From NCBI RefSeq assembly GCF_006345805.1, contig NC_042997.1:53258001-53322000 (forward strand): DNA of 64,000 nucleotides, written 5' to 3'. Source of the stretch: Octopus sinensis. Lineage: Eukaryota. Position 1 is the stretch's first letter. Every line of letters begins with the position of its first letter. Position numbers and translations under genes: made by a program. This document shows, in pieces, positions 1 to 10,199 of this stretch. The notes beneath the pieces are model-generated. The model was not told where the DNA came from, ran no database searches, and worked only from the letters and a program-made list of their open reading frames with translations.

Positions 1-261
1 TGTCTTCCTGGGTCTACCTCTCCCCCTGATACCTCCAACTGTTTGAAATATCATATCTTTCTGAAATATTATAAATGAAAAGGAATTACAAAAATACAGA
101 AAAATCATTCACTATTGAAAATTAATTATGATTACTGATATCTGTAGAAAACATTGCAACTGTTGTTGGGCAGCTGTAGTCAGTTCTCTTTGAAACAATC
201 TCTAGCAATGGTGAGGAACCACTCACGCATGTAGCTTTTTCACTATTCATATTTGGAACCA

Positions 262-678
262 TTTCTTTTCTTTACTTGTTTCAGTCATTTAACTGTAGCC
301 ATGCTGAAGCACTGCCTTTAGTTGAGCAAATCGACCCCAGGACTTATTCTTTGTAAACCTAGTACTTATTCTGTCGGTCTCTTTTGCTGAACCACTAAGT
401 TACAGGGACGTAAACACATCAGTATCGGTTGTCAAGCGATGTTGGGGAGGACAAACACAGACACACAAACACATACACACACATACATACATATATATTT
501 ATATATGCATATATATAATGGGCTTCATTCAGTTTCCATCTACCAAATCCACTCACAAGGCTTTGGTCGGACCGAGGCTATAGTAGAAGACGCTTGCCCA
601 AGGTGCCACGCAGTGGGACTGAACTCGGAACCATGTGGTTGGTAAGCAAGCTACTTACCACACAGCCACTCCTACACC
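262..678 (-). mobile_element. tRNA-derived SINE, family A (internal TA/CA microsatellite)
   Basis: Head GG(C/T)G(C/T)AGGAGTGGCTGTGTGGTAAGTAGCTTGC..GGTTCCGAGTTCAGTCCC, and body and tail shared with copies at 4207, 26644, 45610 and 46133. Confidence 0.9.
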
Positions 679-1271
679 TATATACACCTTGTGAACAAAG
701 TCTCCAAATAATTCATGAAAAAAGAACTTTAAGCTTAAAGACCCAAACAATAATTTAATATATGTTGCATACAAGCATGGCTGTGTGGTTAAGAAGCTTT
801 CTTTGCAACCATATATTTTCAGGTTCAGATCCACTGAAAGTCACCTAGGGTGAATGTCTTCTTATATTATTCTGGGTTGACTAATGCCTTGTGAGTGAAT
901 ATAGTTTATAGAAACTGTATGGAGGTGCATTGTGTGTGTATACAATATAAAGATAGCTGACTGAATCATGTATTAGATATGCATTTTAGAAGCAGCCACC
1001 ATTCAGGTTTGTATTATGAGTGTACTGCTTCATTATATAGAATTAGATTTTAGCTCCATTTAAACATCCATCCATCTGATCATTAATGTGTTCACCTCAC
1101 CCACATATATAATTATCTGTATATTAATGCGATAAAGTATTCCCTGATGATCCATTGTGGATGGGCATCTAAATGCAATTGGGACATGTACTGCAGGGCT
1201 CCAAACAACCATATTGGTGAAGCATGCATAGGAACTGTACTATAAACTTGTATTTAATCTTATTTCTCCTC

Positions 1272-1317
<46 letters not shown>

Positions 1318-1320
<3 letters not shown>

Positions 1321-2196
1321 GGTGTAGTGAATAAACTGTCGTCTAAATTATGTAAAAATGAAAATAACACTGACATCTCATTTTAACAGATATATTTAGC
1401 AAAATTATATTAAAATATCTTGAAATACTAAAGAGTAAAACTATTCAATAAAATCGTCATTGGCTTCAACCACGGCCTCCAAATAACTTTGGAATCTCCT
1501 GCAACTCTTCTGGATGGTCTCCTTGTTTAAAGTGGTGAATGCTGCCATAATCCTTGCCTTTAGTTCGTCTTTGGTGTTACAAGGAGTTTTGTTGGTCTCT
1601 GGCTCAACCACACCCTGCACATGATAATCAAGTGGGGTTGCAGTCTGGGAAGTTAGGTGGCCAGGTGTTAGGGGTGATGTGGTCTCAGAAATTGTCTGAC
1701 AGCTATGACTGGGTTCTCCTGTTTGTGTGTTAAGGCACAGAGTCCTGTTGCCAGACATAGGGTCTTCCAGTAGTCACCCTCTTGACCCAGGGCAGCATTA
1801 TCTCCTCCAGGCATTTGATATAGGTCAGTGTCTTGAGTCTGAGGCTGTGTGAGTAGATGAATTGAGGCATAACACCACCATCACTAGTGACCACTCCAAA
1901 CACCATGATGTTGACTGGATGTTTGATTTTTATCACTCGTGGTACCTGTCCTCAGATTGACATTCAAACACTCTGAAATATTCGTATTGGAGCTTCTGGC
2001 ATGAATGCCAAGCAGTACAGCATGTCATTTCCAAATTTCCGGCAGAGTGAATTGCGTCATGGTGCTGTTTTTCTCAAAGATGGTGTCCAACAGACCCTAC
2101 TATACTGTGTAGTTGACAAAATAAAAAAAAAGCAAAGGTTGTGCATGCACAAAATTAAAAATTATAAAATAGTGACAATTTACGCATCACATCCTG
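1318..2196 (-). mobile_element. Internally deleted maT (DD37D) Tc1/mariner transposon
   Basis: Degenerate TIRs (CAGGGTGTAGTG.. / ..CATCACATCCTG) in TA context. Transposase fragments VMVFGVV-like, WQQDS and WPPNFPDCNPLDY. Counted 37 residues between 2nd and 3rd D after correcting one frameshift; several stops. Confidence 0.85.
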
Positions 2197-2213
2197 TATA
2201 TATATATATATAT

Positions 2214-2344
2214 ATATTTACATTCGACGGATATTTGTCCTCATCTTTGTTGTTAACACGTTTCGGTTGATATACCCTCCAGCCTTCTTCAGGTGTCTTG
2301 TGGAAATTTTGAACCTGGGCTCTCATTCCTAAGGTATTTTTTGC

Positions 2345-2382
<38 letters not shown>

Positions 2383-2422
2383 GTGTTTAGGTCACTGCTT
2401 GAAATCGAACTCAGAATCTTGG
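2214..2422 (-). mobile_element. Inverted 5'-truncated copy of the same element
   Basis: Reverse complement of 2468-2946 with a much shorter (AAT)n tract; carries CTGAAGA..GAAAC at 2292-2260. Confidence 0.85.
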
Positions 2423-2423
2423 C

Positions 2424-2507
2424 CCACACGCATATGGCGTAGTAGTTAAGAGTGCGGGCTTCTAACCCCAAGATTCTGAGTTTGATTCCGAGCAGTGTTC
2501 TAAACAC

Positions 2508-2552
<45 letters not shown>

Positions 2553-2589
2553 TAATAATAATAATAATAATATAATAATAATGATGATG

Positions 2590-2637
<48 letters not shown>

Positions 2638-2672
2638 TAATAATAATAATAATAATAATAATGATAATAATA

Positions 2673-2707
<35 letters not shown>

Positions 2708-2712
2708 TAATA

Positions 2713-2747
<35 letters not shown>

Positions 2748-2748
2748 A

Positions 2749-2796
<48 letters not shown>

Positions 2797-2955
2797 CAAT
2801 AACAACAACAACATCGAAAAATACCCTAGGAATGAGAACCCAGGTTCGAAATTTCCGCAACATACCTGAAGAAGGCTGGAGGGTATATCAGCCAAAATGT
2901 TGTGTTAACAACAAACAAGATGAGGACAAATATCCGTCAAATGTAAATAATGTAA
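2424..2955 (+). mobile_element. tRNA-headed SINE-like element with (AAT)n body and hammerhead-like 3' region
   Basis: A box TGGCGTAGTAG (2435-2445), B box GAGTTTGATTCC (2478-2489), (AAT)n 2507-2812, hammerhead core CTGAAGA at 2866. Confidence 0.75.
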
Positions 2956-3142
2956 ATAATGAATAGACTCCATTCTGCTTTTCAGTTGAGTAGTTAGTAG
3001 TAGGAAGGATACTTAGCTGTAAAGGATTGTTCTAGCAGATAACTATTTTACACATGCTAAAATATAGGTATATGCAGATGTATGCTGATATATACATACA
3101 CATGTACATGTACATACAAAGAGAAATATTTCAAAATAATTT

Positions 3143-3377
3143 TGGTGGCACGTTAAAAGCACCAACCGATCGTGGCCGATGCCAGACTCCCCTGGCACGT
3201 AAAAAGGACCTGCTACACTCGCGGAGTGGTTGGCGTTAGGAAGGACATCCAGCTGTAGAAACACTGCCAGATCAGACTGGAGCCTGGTGCAACCCCTCGC
3301 TTCCCAGACCCCGGTCGAACCGTCCAACCCGTGTTAGCGTGGAAAACGGACGTTAAACGATGATGATGATGATGATA
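3143..3377 (+). mobile_element. SINE family C 3' part with (GAT)n tail
   Basis: GGCACGTAAAAAG..CTACACTCGCGGAGTGGTTGGCGTTAGGAAGG.. ending in (GAT)n; same family as 3545-4027. Confidence 0.8.
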
Positions 3378-3494
3378 GAACATATTTTAGAAAGGAGACA
3401 CTCTAAATGAAGTAAGAAATTATTAATAACTCTAGCTGTAGTTATAAATAAAAAGACTAATGTTTAATTGTATTTTATTTATATTTTGAATTAA

Positions 3495-4198
3495 CCCTTT
3501 CATTACTGTATTTATTTTAAGATGCTCTGTGTTTCTTTCAATTACACCATCCGAGCGTGGTCGTCTGCTAGCCTTGTCTGGCACCTGTGTCGGTGGCACA
3601 TAAAAACACCATCCGAGCGTGGCCGTTCGCCAGCCTCGTCTGGCACCTGTGTCGGTGGCACATAAAAACACCATCCGAGCGTGGCCGTTCGCCAGCCTCG
3701 TCTGGCACCTGTGTCGGTGGCACATAAAAACACCATCCGAGCGTGGCCGTTCGCCAGCCTCGTCTGGCACCTGTGTCGGTGGCACATAAAAACACCATCC
3801 GGGCGTGGCCGCTCGCCAGCCTCGTCTGGCACCTGTGTCGGTGGCACATAAAATCACCCACTACACTCTCGGAGTGGTTGGCGTTAGGAAGGGCATCCAG
3901 CTGTAGAAACATTGCCAGATCTGACTGGCCTGGTGCAGCCTTCGGGCTCCCCAGACCCCAGTTGAACCGTCCAACCCATGCTAGCATGGAAAGCGGACGT
4001 TAAATGACGATGATGATGATGATGATGACATTAAATATAACAAGGAATTTAGTAAAATAACTTAGTTATCATTAAGCTAGTGTTAGGAACATAAATTGTG
4101 ACTGAGGTTTGATGAAAGATTTTCATTCAGAACTTTTAAAAACAAAACATTTGTTCTCAGAGCCAGAGCTGGTTTCAGCCAGGTTGGTAACGAAAGGG
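3495..4198. mobile_element. piggyBac-type MITE interrupted by a SINE
   Basis: TTAA at 3491-3494 and 4199-4202; TIRs CCCTTTCATTACT / GGTAACGAAAGGG (11/13 match). Confidence 0.8.
3545..3854 (+). repeat. 62-bp tandem minisatellite, 5 copies, within SINE family C (3545-4027)
   Basis: Unit CACCATCCGAGCGTGGCCGTTCGCCAGCCTCGTCTGGCACCTGTGTCGGTGGCACATAAAAA starts at 3545, 3607, 3669, 3731 and 3793. Confidence 0.95.
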
Positions 4199-4206
4199 TT
4201 AAATGT

Positions 4207-4638
4207 CTTTTCTCTTACTCTTTTCTCTTTTCTCTTTTACTTGTTTCAGCCATTTGACTGCGGCCATGCTGGAGCACCGCCTTTAGTCGAGCAACTCGAC
4301 CCCGGGACTTATTCTTTTTTTGTAAGCCCAGTACTTATTCTATCGGTCTCTTTTTGCCGAACCGCTAAGTGACAGGGACGTAAACACACCAGCATAGGTT
4401 GTCAAGCAATGCTAGGGGGACAAACACAGACACACAAACAAACACACATACATATATATATATACATATATACGACAGGCTTCTTTCAGTTTCCGTCTAC
4501 CAAATCCACTCACAAGGCTTTGGTCGGCCCGAGGCTATAGCAGAAGACACTTGCCCAAGGTACCACGCAGTGGGACTGAACCCGGAACCATGTGGTGGTT
4601 GGTTAGCAAGCTACTTACCACACAGCCACTCCTGCGCC
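4207..4638 (-). mobile_element. SINE family A, full length
   Basis: Same head, body and (AAAAGAG) tail as the other family A copies. Confidence 0.9.
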
Positions 4639-4650
4639 TATAAAAGGAAA

Positions 4651-4767
4651 TGCTTACAGCACCTAGGTTTCCCAAGCGGTCACCCATCTAAGTACTTACT
4701 AGGCTCGATGTTGCTTAACTTCGGTGATCAGACAAGAACTGGTGCTTTCAACGTGATATGTGTAGAT
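4651..4767 (-). rRNA. 5S: Orphan 5S rRNA pseudogene
   Basis: Minus strand reads ATCTACACATATCACGTTGAAAGCACCAGTTCTTGTCTGATCACCGAAGTTAAGCAACATCGAGCCTAGTAAGTACTTAGATGGGTGACCGCTTGGGAAACCTAGGTGCTGTAAGCA then TTTCCTTTT. Recognisable box A and box C; small deletions near the 5' end and in the 3' stem. Confidence 0.88.
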
Positions 4768-6479
4768 TTATTTTACTTTGGCCAAAAGACATGCAGAGTT
4801 GAGTCCCAAACTTACAGAAATATAAAAGACAATGTCATTGATTAATATTTTTTTCTTCGGTATTTTTCATGTGGATGACAAATTATCTATTTTCTAAATA
4901 ATTCTATTTTCCCATGCTAGCTAACATACAATCCTGTACATCAACTTGGTAAAATTTTTATCACTACTCCAAAAAATATGGTGATGAGATTATACAAAGG
5001 CAGAAACATGTCTGGAGTTGTCTCCTATGTATGTAGAAGAAAATGAAAATATTAGTCATTGAGTAATACTGTTTTTTTTTTCTCATTGCATAATCAATTC
5101 TCATTAACCTTTTAAAAACTTCCGCTGTTAGGTATACTAACACTAACTCACTATTCTTTAATGACAACCACATGGGAAATAGATACCCTGCTAAAAGTTT
5201 GTTAATTCAATATCAGGGTAAAGTAAAAATAAAAAAAATCTGGATATAATCTTTTATTCACGTTAGTTAAATATAGCTATAAAAATATAAGATAATTATT
5301 AGGTAAATCTAATGAATGTATAGAAAAATTATTCAGCACTTGTTACAAGATACTTTGAAGGAGTTGATGAGGGTGACTATTTCTGGTCACCCACTGAGCA
5401 AATATTAACAGCTAAGTTTCCTTCATATAATGCAATCTATGGGAAAAGGGTGTAATGTACACTGCTGGAATGGTTTTAATCATAAGCCTGTCTGTTCTGA
5501 GTCAACTTGGGTTTAATAGCAATAACAAATATTTTGAATAAGCAACAAATTTATAGGAAAGTTGTAAAGTTCATTGAATCAACTCTGCTACATATCAACT
5601 CGAGAGGAATGAAAGGTAAAGTTGACTCTGAAGGACTTTTAATTAGAATAGAAAAATGAATGATAAAATACTATTAGGGTTTAGCTCAACACTCAGCTAA
5701 TCCAATTTTACCTTTAAACTTTTGACAGAAGAGTAATACAGAACTGAAAAAATTGAAAAAGAGGTTCAGAAATTAAAAAAGATAAAAAATGGGCAAAGAC
5801 TTAGAGAAGTCTGAGGTCAGGCAAACTGGATGTAGATATTGTTTGGATAAAATAGGATATAGGAAGGATAAAATCAAGATGAAATGTGGAAAGAGAAAAC
5901 AAGTGAAAAGAAGACAGGTGAAAAGATTAAGTCAAGCAAAAAAAAAAGTAGGTGGGGTAAGAAGGTAAGTCTTAAAGGTAAGTCATAAAATAGGAGGTAA
6001 GTACCTGAGGAGACAAGCCCATGACCCAGTTTCAATTCATATTTCGCTTCATTGATAATAGAAAAGTAAAAATATTGCAAGTTTTACAAAGCCATGGGAA
6101 ATTGTATAGAACAATGGGAAATTATTTCAATGCTCTCTCTGTTTGTCTGTCTGACTGTCTCTTTGTCTGTCTGTCTCTCTCTGTCTCTCTCTTCCACTAT
6201 CTCTGAAATACTGTAATACTGTGTTAGGAAATGAAAATGATAAATAACTGAAAATTTGACGTATGATATTAGTAAAATCCGAGCCAATACTATCTTCAAT
6301 TTAGTTTTGATTTCATGTTGAAGCCATTTAAAGTTATGTCTTAAAAGCTGTCATGAATGTCATAAACTTAATTCAGTTCCATAAAACACAGTGGGCTGTA
6401 ATTAAAGAGAAATTTAGTGAAAGTAATATTTGACATATTTAACGTTTTGTACCCAGACCTGGTATGTGAATCTCCCATC

Positions 6480-7330
6480 AAATCTGCCTGCTTATGGACT
6501 TCATCCATTTGATCAGTAGTCTCCTATCATTGTAGTGTATGTTGATGGAACTCTTTCTGTTCACACTTTATCAAAGCTGGTGTGCCCCAGGGTTTGATTT
6601 TGTCTCTGACTCTCTTCATTCTTGTTTCTTTATTGCCTGCAAGGGGCTAAACATAGAGGGGACAAACAAGGACAGACAAAGGGATTAAGTCGATTACATC
6701 GACTCCAGTGCATAACTGGTACTTTATTTATCGATCCCAAAAGGATGAAAGGCAAAGTCGACATTGGCGGAATTTGAACTCAGAACGCAACAGCAGATGC
6801 AATACCGCTAAGCATTTTGCCTGGCATGCTAACGATTCTGCCAGCTTGCCGCCTCTCTTCATTCTATACATCAATGACAATCACTCCTAACAACACTCAC
6901 TCCCACACAGATGATAATACCCTTCTTTAGACTTCTCATCTATGCATCAACCATATGTAACCTAAACATAATATGTCAAACATGCATTGATTTTATGGAC
7001 AGAGACCTTAAAAGTATCCTCCTGTGGGGATATGACAATCTTGTCTCTCTTACTGCAGATGCAACTATAAAGCCTCTCTCTGCTTTTTCTATAATCATAG
7101 GATAGCCTCTTCTCCCTGGACCTTGCTGACCCTTAGCTCAGATACTCCAGACCCACTTCTCTCTCCTCTTATCATCTAAGTTGTGTTCAGGCTCTAAGGC
7201 CTTGCACTACCCATTAATGCCCTCTAAAACTCTCACTCTGTTCATGTATTTCCTACAGAAAAAGTCAAGCTGGATATTAATAATATCAATCAGAGTCTCT
7301 GTAAAGTTCATGGGCACTGACCCGTCTTCT
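6480..7330 (+). mobile_element. Decayed CR1/L2-group LINE RT fragment
   Basis: AGVPQGLILSLTLFILYIND (frame restored after removing the SINE) and HSHTDDNTL (YADD equivalent). Confidence 0.75.
6623..6852 (-). mobile_element. SINE family B with 13-bp TSD
   Basis: TSD CTCTCTTCATTCT at 6610-6622 and 6853-6865; head GGCGGCAAGCTGGCAG, tail ..AATAAAGAAAC. Confidence 0.92.
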
Positions 7331-7659
7331 GGACCCAGAAAGTAAGCAGAGAAAAAAAGGCATTAAGGAATATTTGCCATATTAGCTATGAACTAATCCC
7401 ATCATTTTAGCTATGAACTGATCCCATCTTATCAGTAAAGAACAGAAATTGACCAAACCATTGTGTATAGTTCCTAAGAAGACCAATACTTGATAGAAAC
7501 CTTGCACTGTTTTAGCTGAAAAACTTTTCAATATTGTGTATATCACTGCAAGCCATTTGGATGAACATGTGCTTAAGTGTTTTATATTTTTTTTTTTATA
7601 AAAGCCCCTGGTTGACTTGGTATGTATGGACAAAGTGAAGGAGGAAACAGGCCACTCCT

Positions 7660-7915
7660 GATAGTATGTGGATTCACATATTTCTGTTTCACTGATTGAA
7701 ATAATAACAGATTCCTAAAGGTGCACTGATCTGATTAACTGGAACCAATGTTCACCACCATCTAGTCAGTCTCTGACTCTGCATGCAGCAATGTATACTT
7801 TAAAGAATATTTTAAAATTAAAACAAGTTTATTTTATAAAATTGATCTGTTGGCCTGATTAAATATTACCACAGGCTGGATCTGACCCACAGGTTATGTG
7901 TTTGACACCCTTGCT
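7660..7915 (+). mobile_element. hAT (Charlie-like) transposon 3' relic
   Basis: GFTYFC / FSLIEII resembles the hAT dimerisation motif GSTYLCE..FS; right-end-like TTTGACACCCTTG near 7915. Confidence 0.45.
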
Positions 7916-8249
7916 CTAGAAAGAACTTTTCACTACTAATTACTTGGACAATCTCAGTTGACTGAAGTTTTCAGCTTAGTATATTACATATGAAAAGTTC
8001 AGTATTTATTTTTAATTCACAGAATATGCTACTGAAGTATTTTCCTTTAGCCTTTATGCTATTTGTTCCACAGAAATCTTACAAGACGTTTTTGAACCAT
8101 ATTATAGACGTCTTTCTTCAATAATCTGTAGTTTTTGTATTGAATATATTTTTGATTTGTTTATTATCTTTTCAATTAAAAAAAAACAAGGAAAAAATTT
8201 CGTTTGAAAAAAAATTTTTAATCTATTTGTTATCAGCATGTTTTCAACA

Positions 8250-9480
8250 TATATAATTTAACTTAGATACCTTAGATTGGTTTGGACCATTATATGTCTA
8301 ACTTAATTAGCACCATCTGGAGTTGTCTTTTAAGTCATGATTTAGGAGATTGCAATCCACTCGAACAGGGAGTGGTCTGGTGTGATATATCTGGATGTTG
8401 ATAATTTGTCCGACTTTTCTTGGAGGAATTTGTCCGAGTACCATTGGAATGTTATAGCAAAACGAAGGTTTAAAAAAATAGTCGGTATGCATGAAGTGAA
8501 ACTCCACTAATGTCATTAATAGACCTGTTGATAAAATAACAACTAATGAAGAAGTTGGATGGATTTAATCAACTATTCTCCTTCCCAATACGTTTAGGAA
8601 CTTGTAACAATGTGAGAAATTCCTGTTGGTACTGTTACTTCGCTGGAATTTAAACCTTAACATTTCTTTATATGTCATATCTGTTTATTACATTTGTGAA
8701 TAAGCCATAGTCAATATGCTTTCTCTAGAGTACAGTTAGGTCTTGTAAATTGCAAGAACGAAGAACACAGTTTTTTGCGAAAGAAAAGGCATTGCGACTA
8801 TAAACTGTTACCGGCAATAGCAATTAAAATAAAACATGGAAGGGAAACAACTCCTTTGTAGTACAGTAAGTTATTGACCTTGTATAATACAATTCGTTCA
8901 TGCCCAAGAAGTTAATGACGTACATACCTCCACAAATACCTATTTCTTTATTACCCACAAGGGGCTAAACACAGAGGGGACAAACAAGGACAGACATAAG
9001 TATCAAGTCGATTACATCGACCCCAGTGCGTAACTGGTACTTAATTTATCGACCCCGAAAGGATGAAAGGCAAAGTCGACCTCAGCGGAATTTGAACTCA
9101 CAACGTAACGACAAACGAAATACCGCTAAGCATTTCGTCCAACGTGCAATCGTTTCTGCCAGCTCGCCACAAATATCTTCGATAACAGACATGCATAATC
9201 TCGTGTGCTTCTGAGCAATTATATCTATGTATGAGATGTCTTTACTTTCAGAAGAAATTTGGACGAGCAGATCCAAACCAATCTGTGAGACTAACGGATA
9301 ATAGAAATATATCCAACCATAAAAATACTGCTAATTGTATCACTTAAAAACTTCCAAATATTTCTGATGTGTTTCAAACGAGGGAGTCTGTACGTGGTTA
9401 TTCGATCTGCTTGAAATGGCATCCAGTTCTTTCTTAAAGCAGACCCTAGTGTAAAAAATAAAAAGAAAGAATACATAATA
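8250..9480 (-). pseudogene. Probable Maverick/Polinton minor capsid (penton, PX) relic, split by a SINE
   Basis: ORF 9291-9476 (FFTLGS..TTYRLPR..W..L..IS) resembles the PX N-terminus; ORF 8307-8516 (GQIINI..LPV..DLKDNS) resembles the PX C-terminus. Same strand as, and downstream of, pPolB. Confidence 0.45.
8939..9168 (-). mobile_element. SINE family B
   Basis: Body and tail match 60754-60985; short duplication CCACAAATA at 8930-8938 and 9167-9175. Confidence 0.9.
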
Positions 9481-10199
9481 CATTGAATAAATGTAGTCCT
9501 GCTTACACAATACTTGAAAAAGACAGAACGGGCATAGCTTGACTGCCTTTGATTATAAATTTATTCAAAGTCGATCTGGGGCCAAGTAATAACAATAACA
9601 CAGCGTGAACGCGTAGTAATAGTTTTACGCATGGTAATATTGTGGCTCTGGACGTCAGTATTTTAAAGCTGTGGCCTTGCGTCTTTTCATTTAACTATCC
9701 ACAACATAATGGGTAGGTTTAATGGATATTTATAAACATGTCAATTCTAAGAATCCCATGTGAAAATAACTAACCCCAAGCTGAATCAATCAAGGAGCAA
9801 AGAGTAACATATGCTACAGGCATCGCATTTTCAAAGATCCTGCGTTTAAGTTAAATACTTGCAAAGTCATGAATACCAATTCGGTGAATCTATGCTCTAT
9901 CTTTGTGGTATTATACGGCCTTCAGCATTTATGAACAATTGGGGAGGTAAAGTTGATCCAATACTCGAAATACTTCCGAGACTCAGTACATCATTTAATT
10001 AAAATAAAATACAACAATCAAATTGTATTACACCGTTAAATGAGCCGACTTATTTAATTTTTGTTGGGACCTAATTGATATGATTGTAACGGAAGTAATT
10101 GATTTGATACACAATATTATGAATTATCGGAGACAGCAGTTTATGTTGTAGGATGTGGAAGATGAACAATGCATGAAGTTTTAAGAAGTATTTATTTAC

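Noticed and set aside
1143-1170. CTGATGA followed by a TCCA/TGGA hairpin
   Set aside because: No GAAA after the stem.
2452-2895. Poly-N/I/L/Y ORFs (also 13650, 16191, 25517, 46165, 53435, 56137+, 59455)
   Set aside because: Translations of microsatellites with no coding context, unlike the minus-strand Penelope linker.
3545-3854. CRISPR-like regular array and the repeating ORFs over it
   Set aside because: Units are contiguous with no unique spacers, no cas genes are present, and the DNA is eukaryotic; the ORFs are repeat artefacts.
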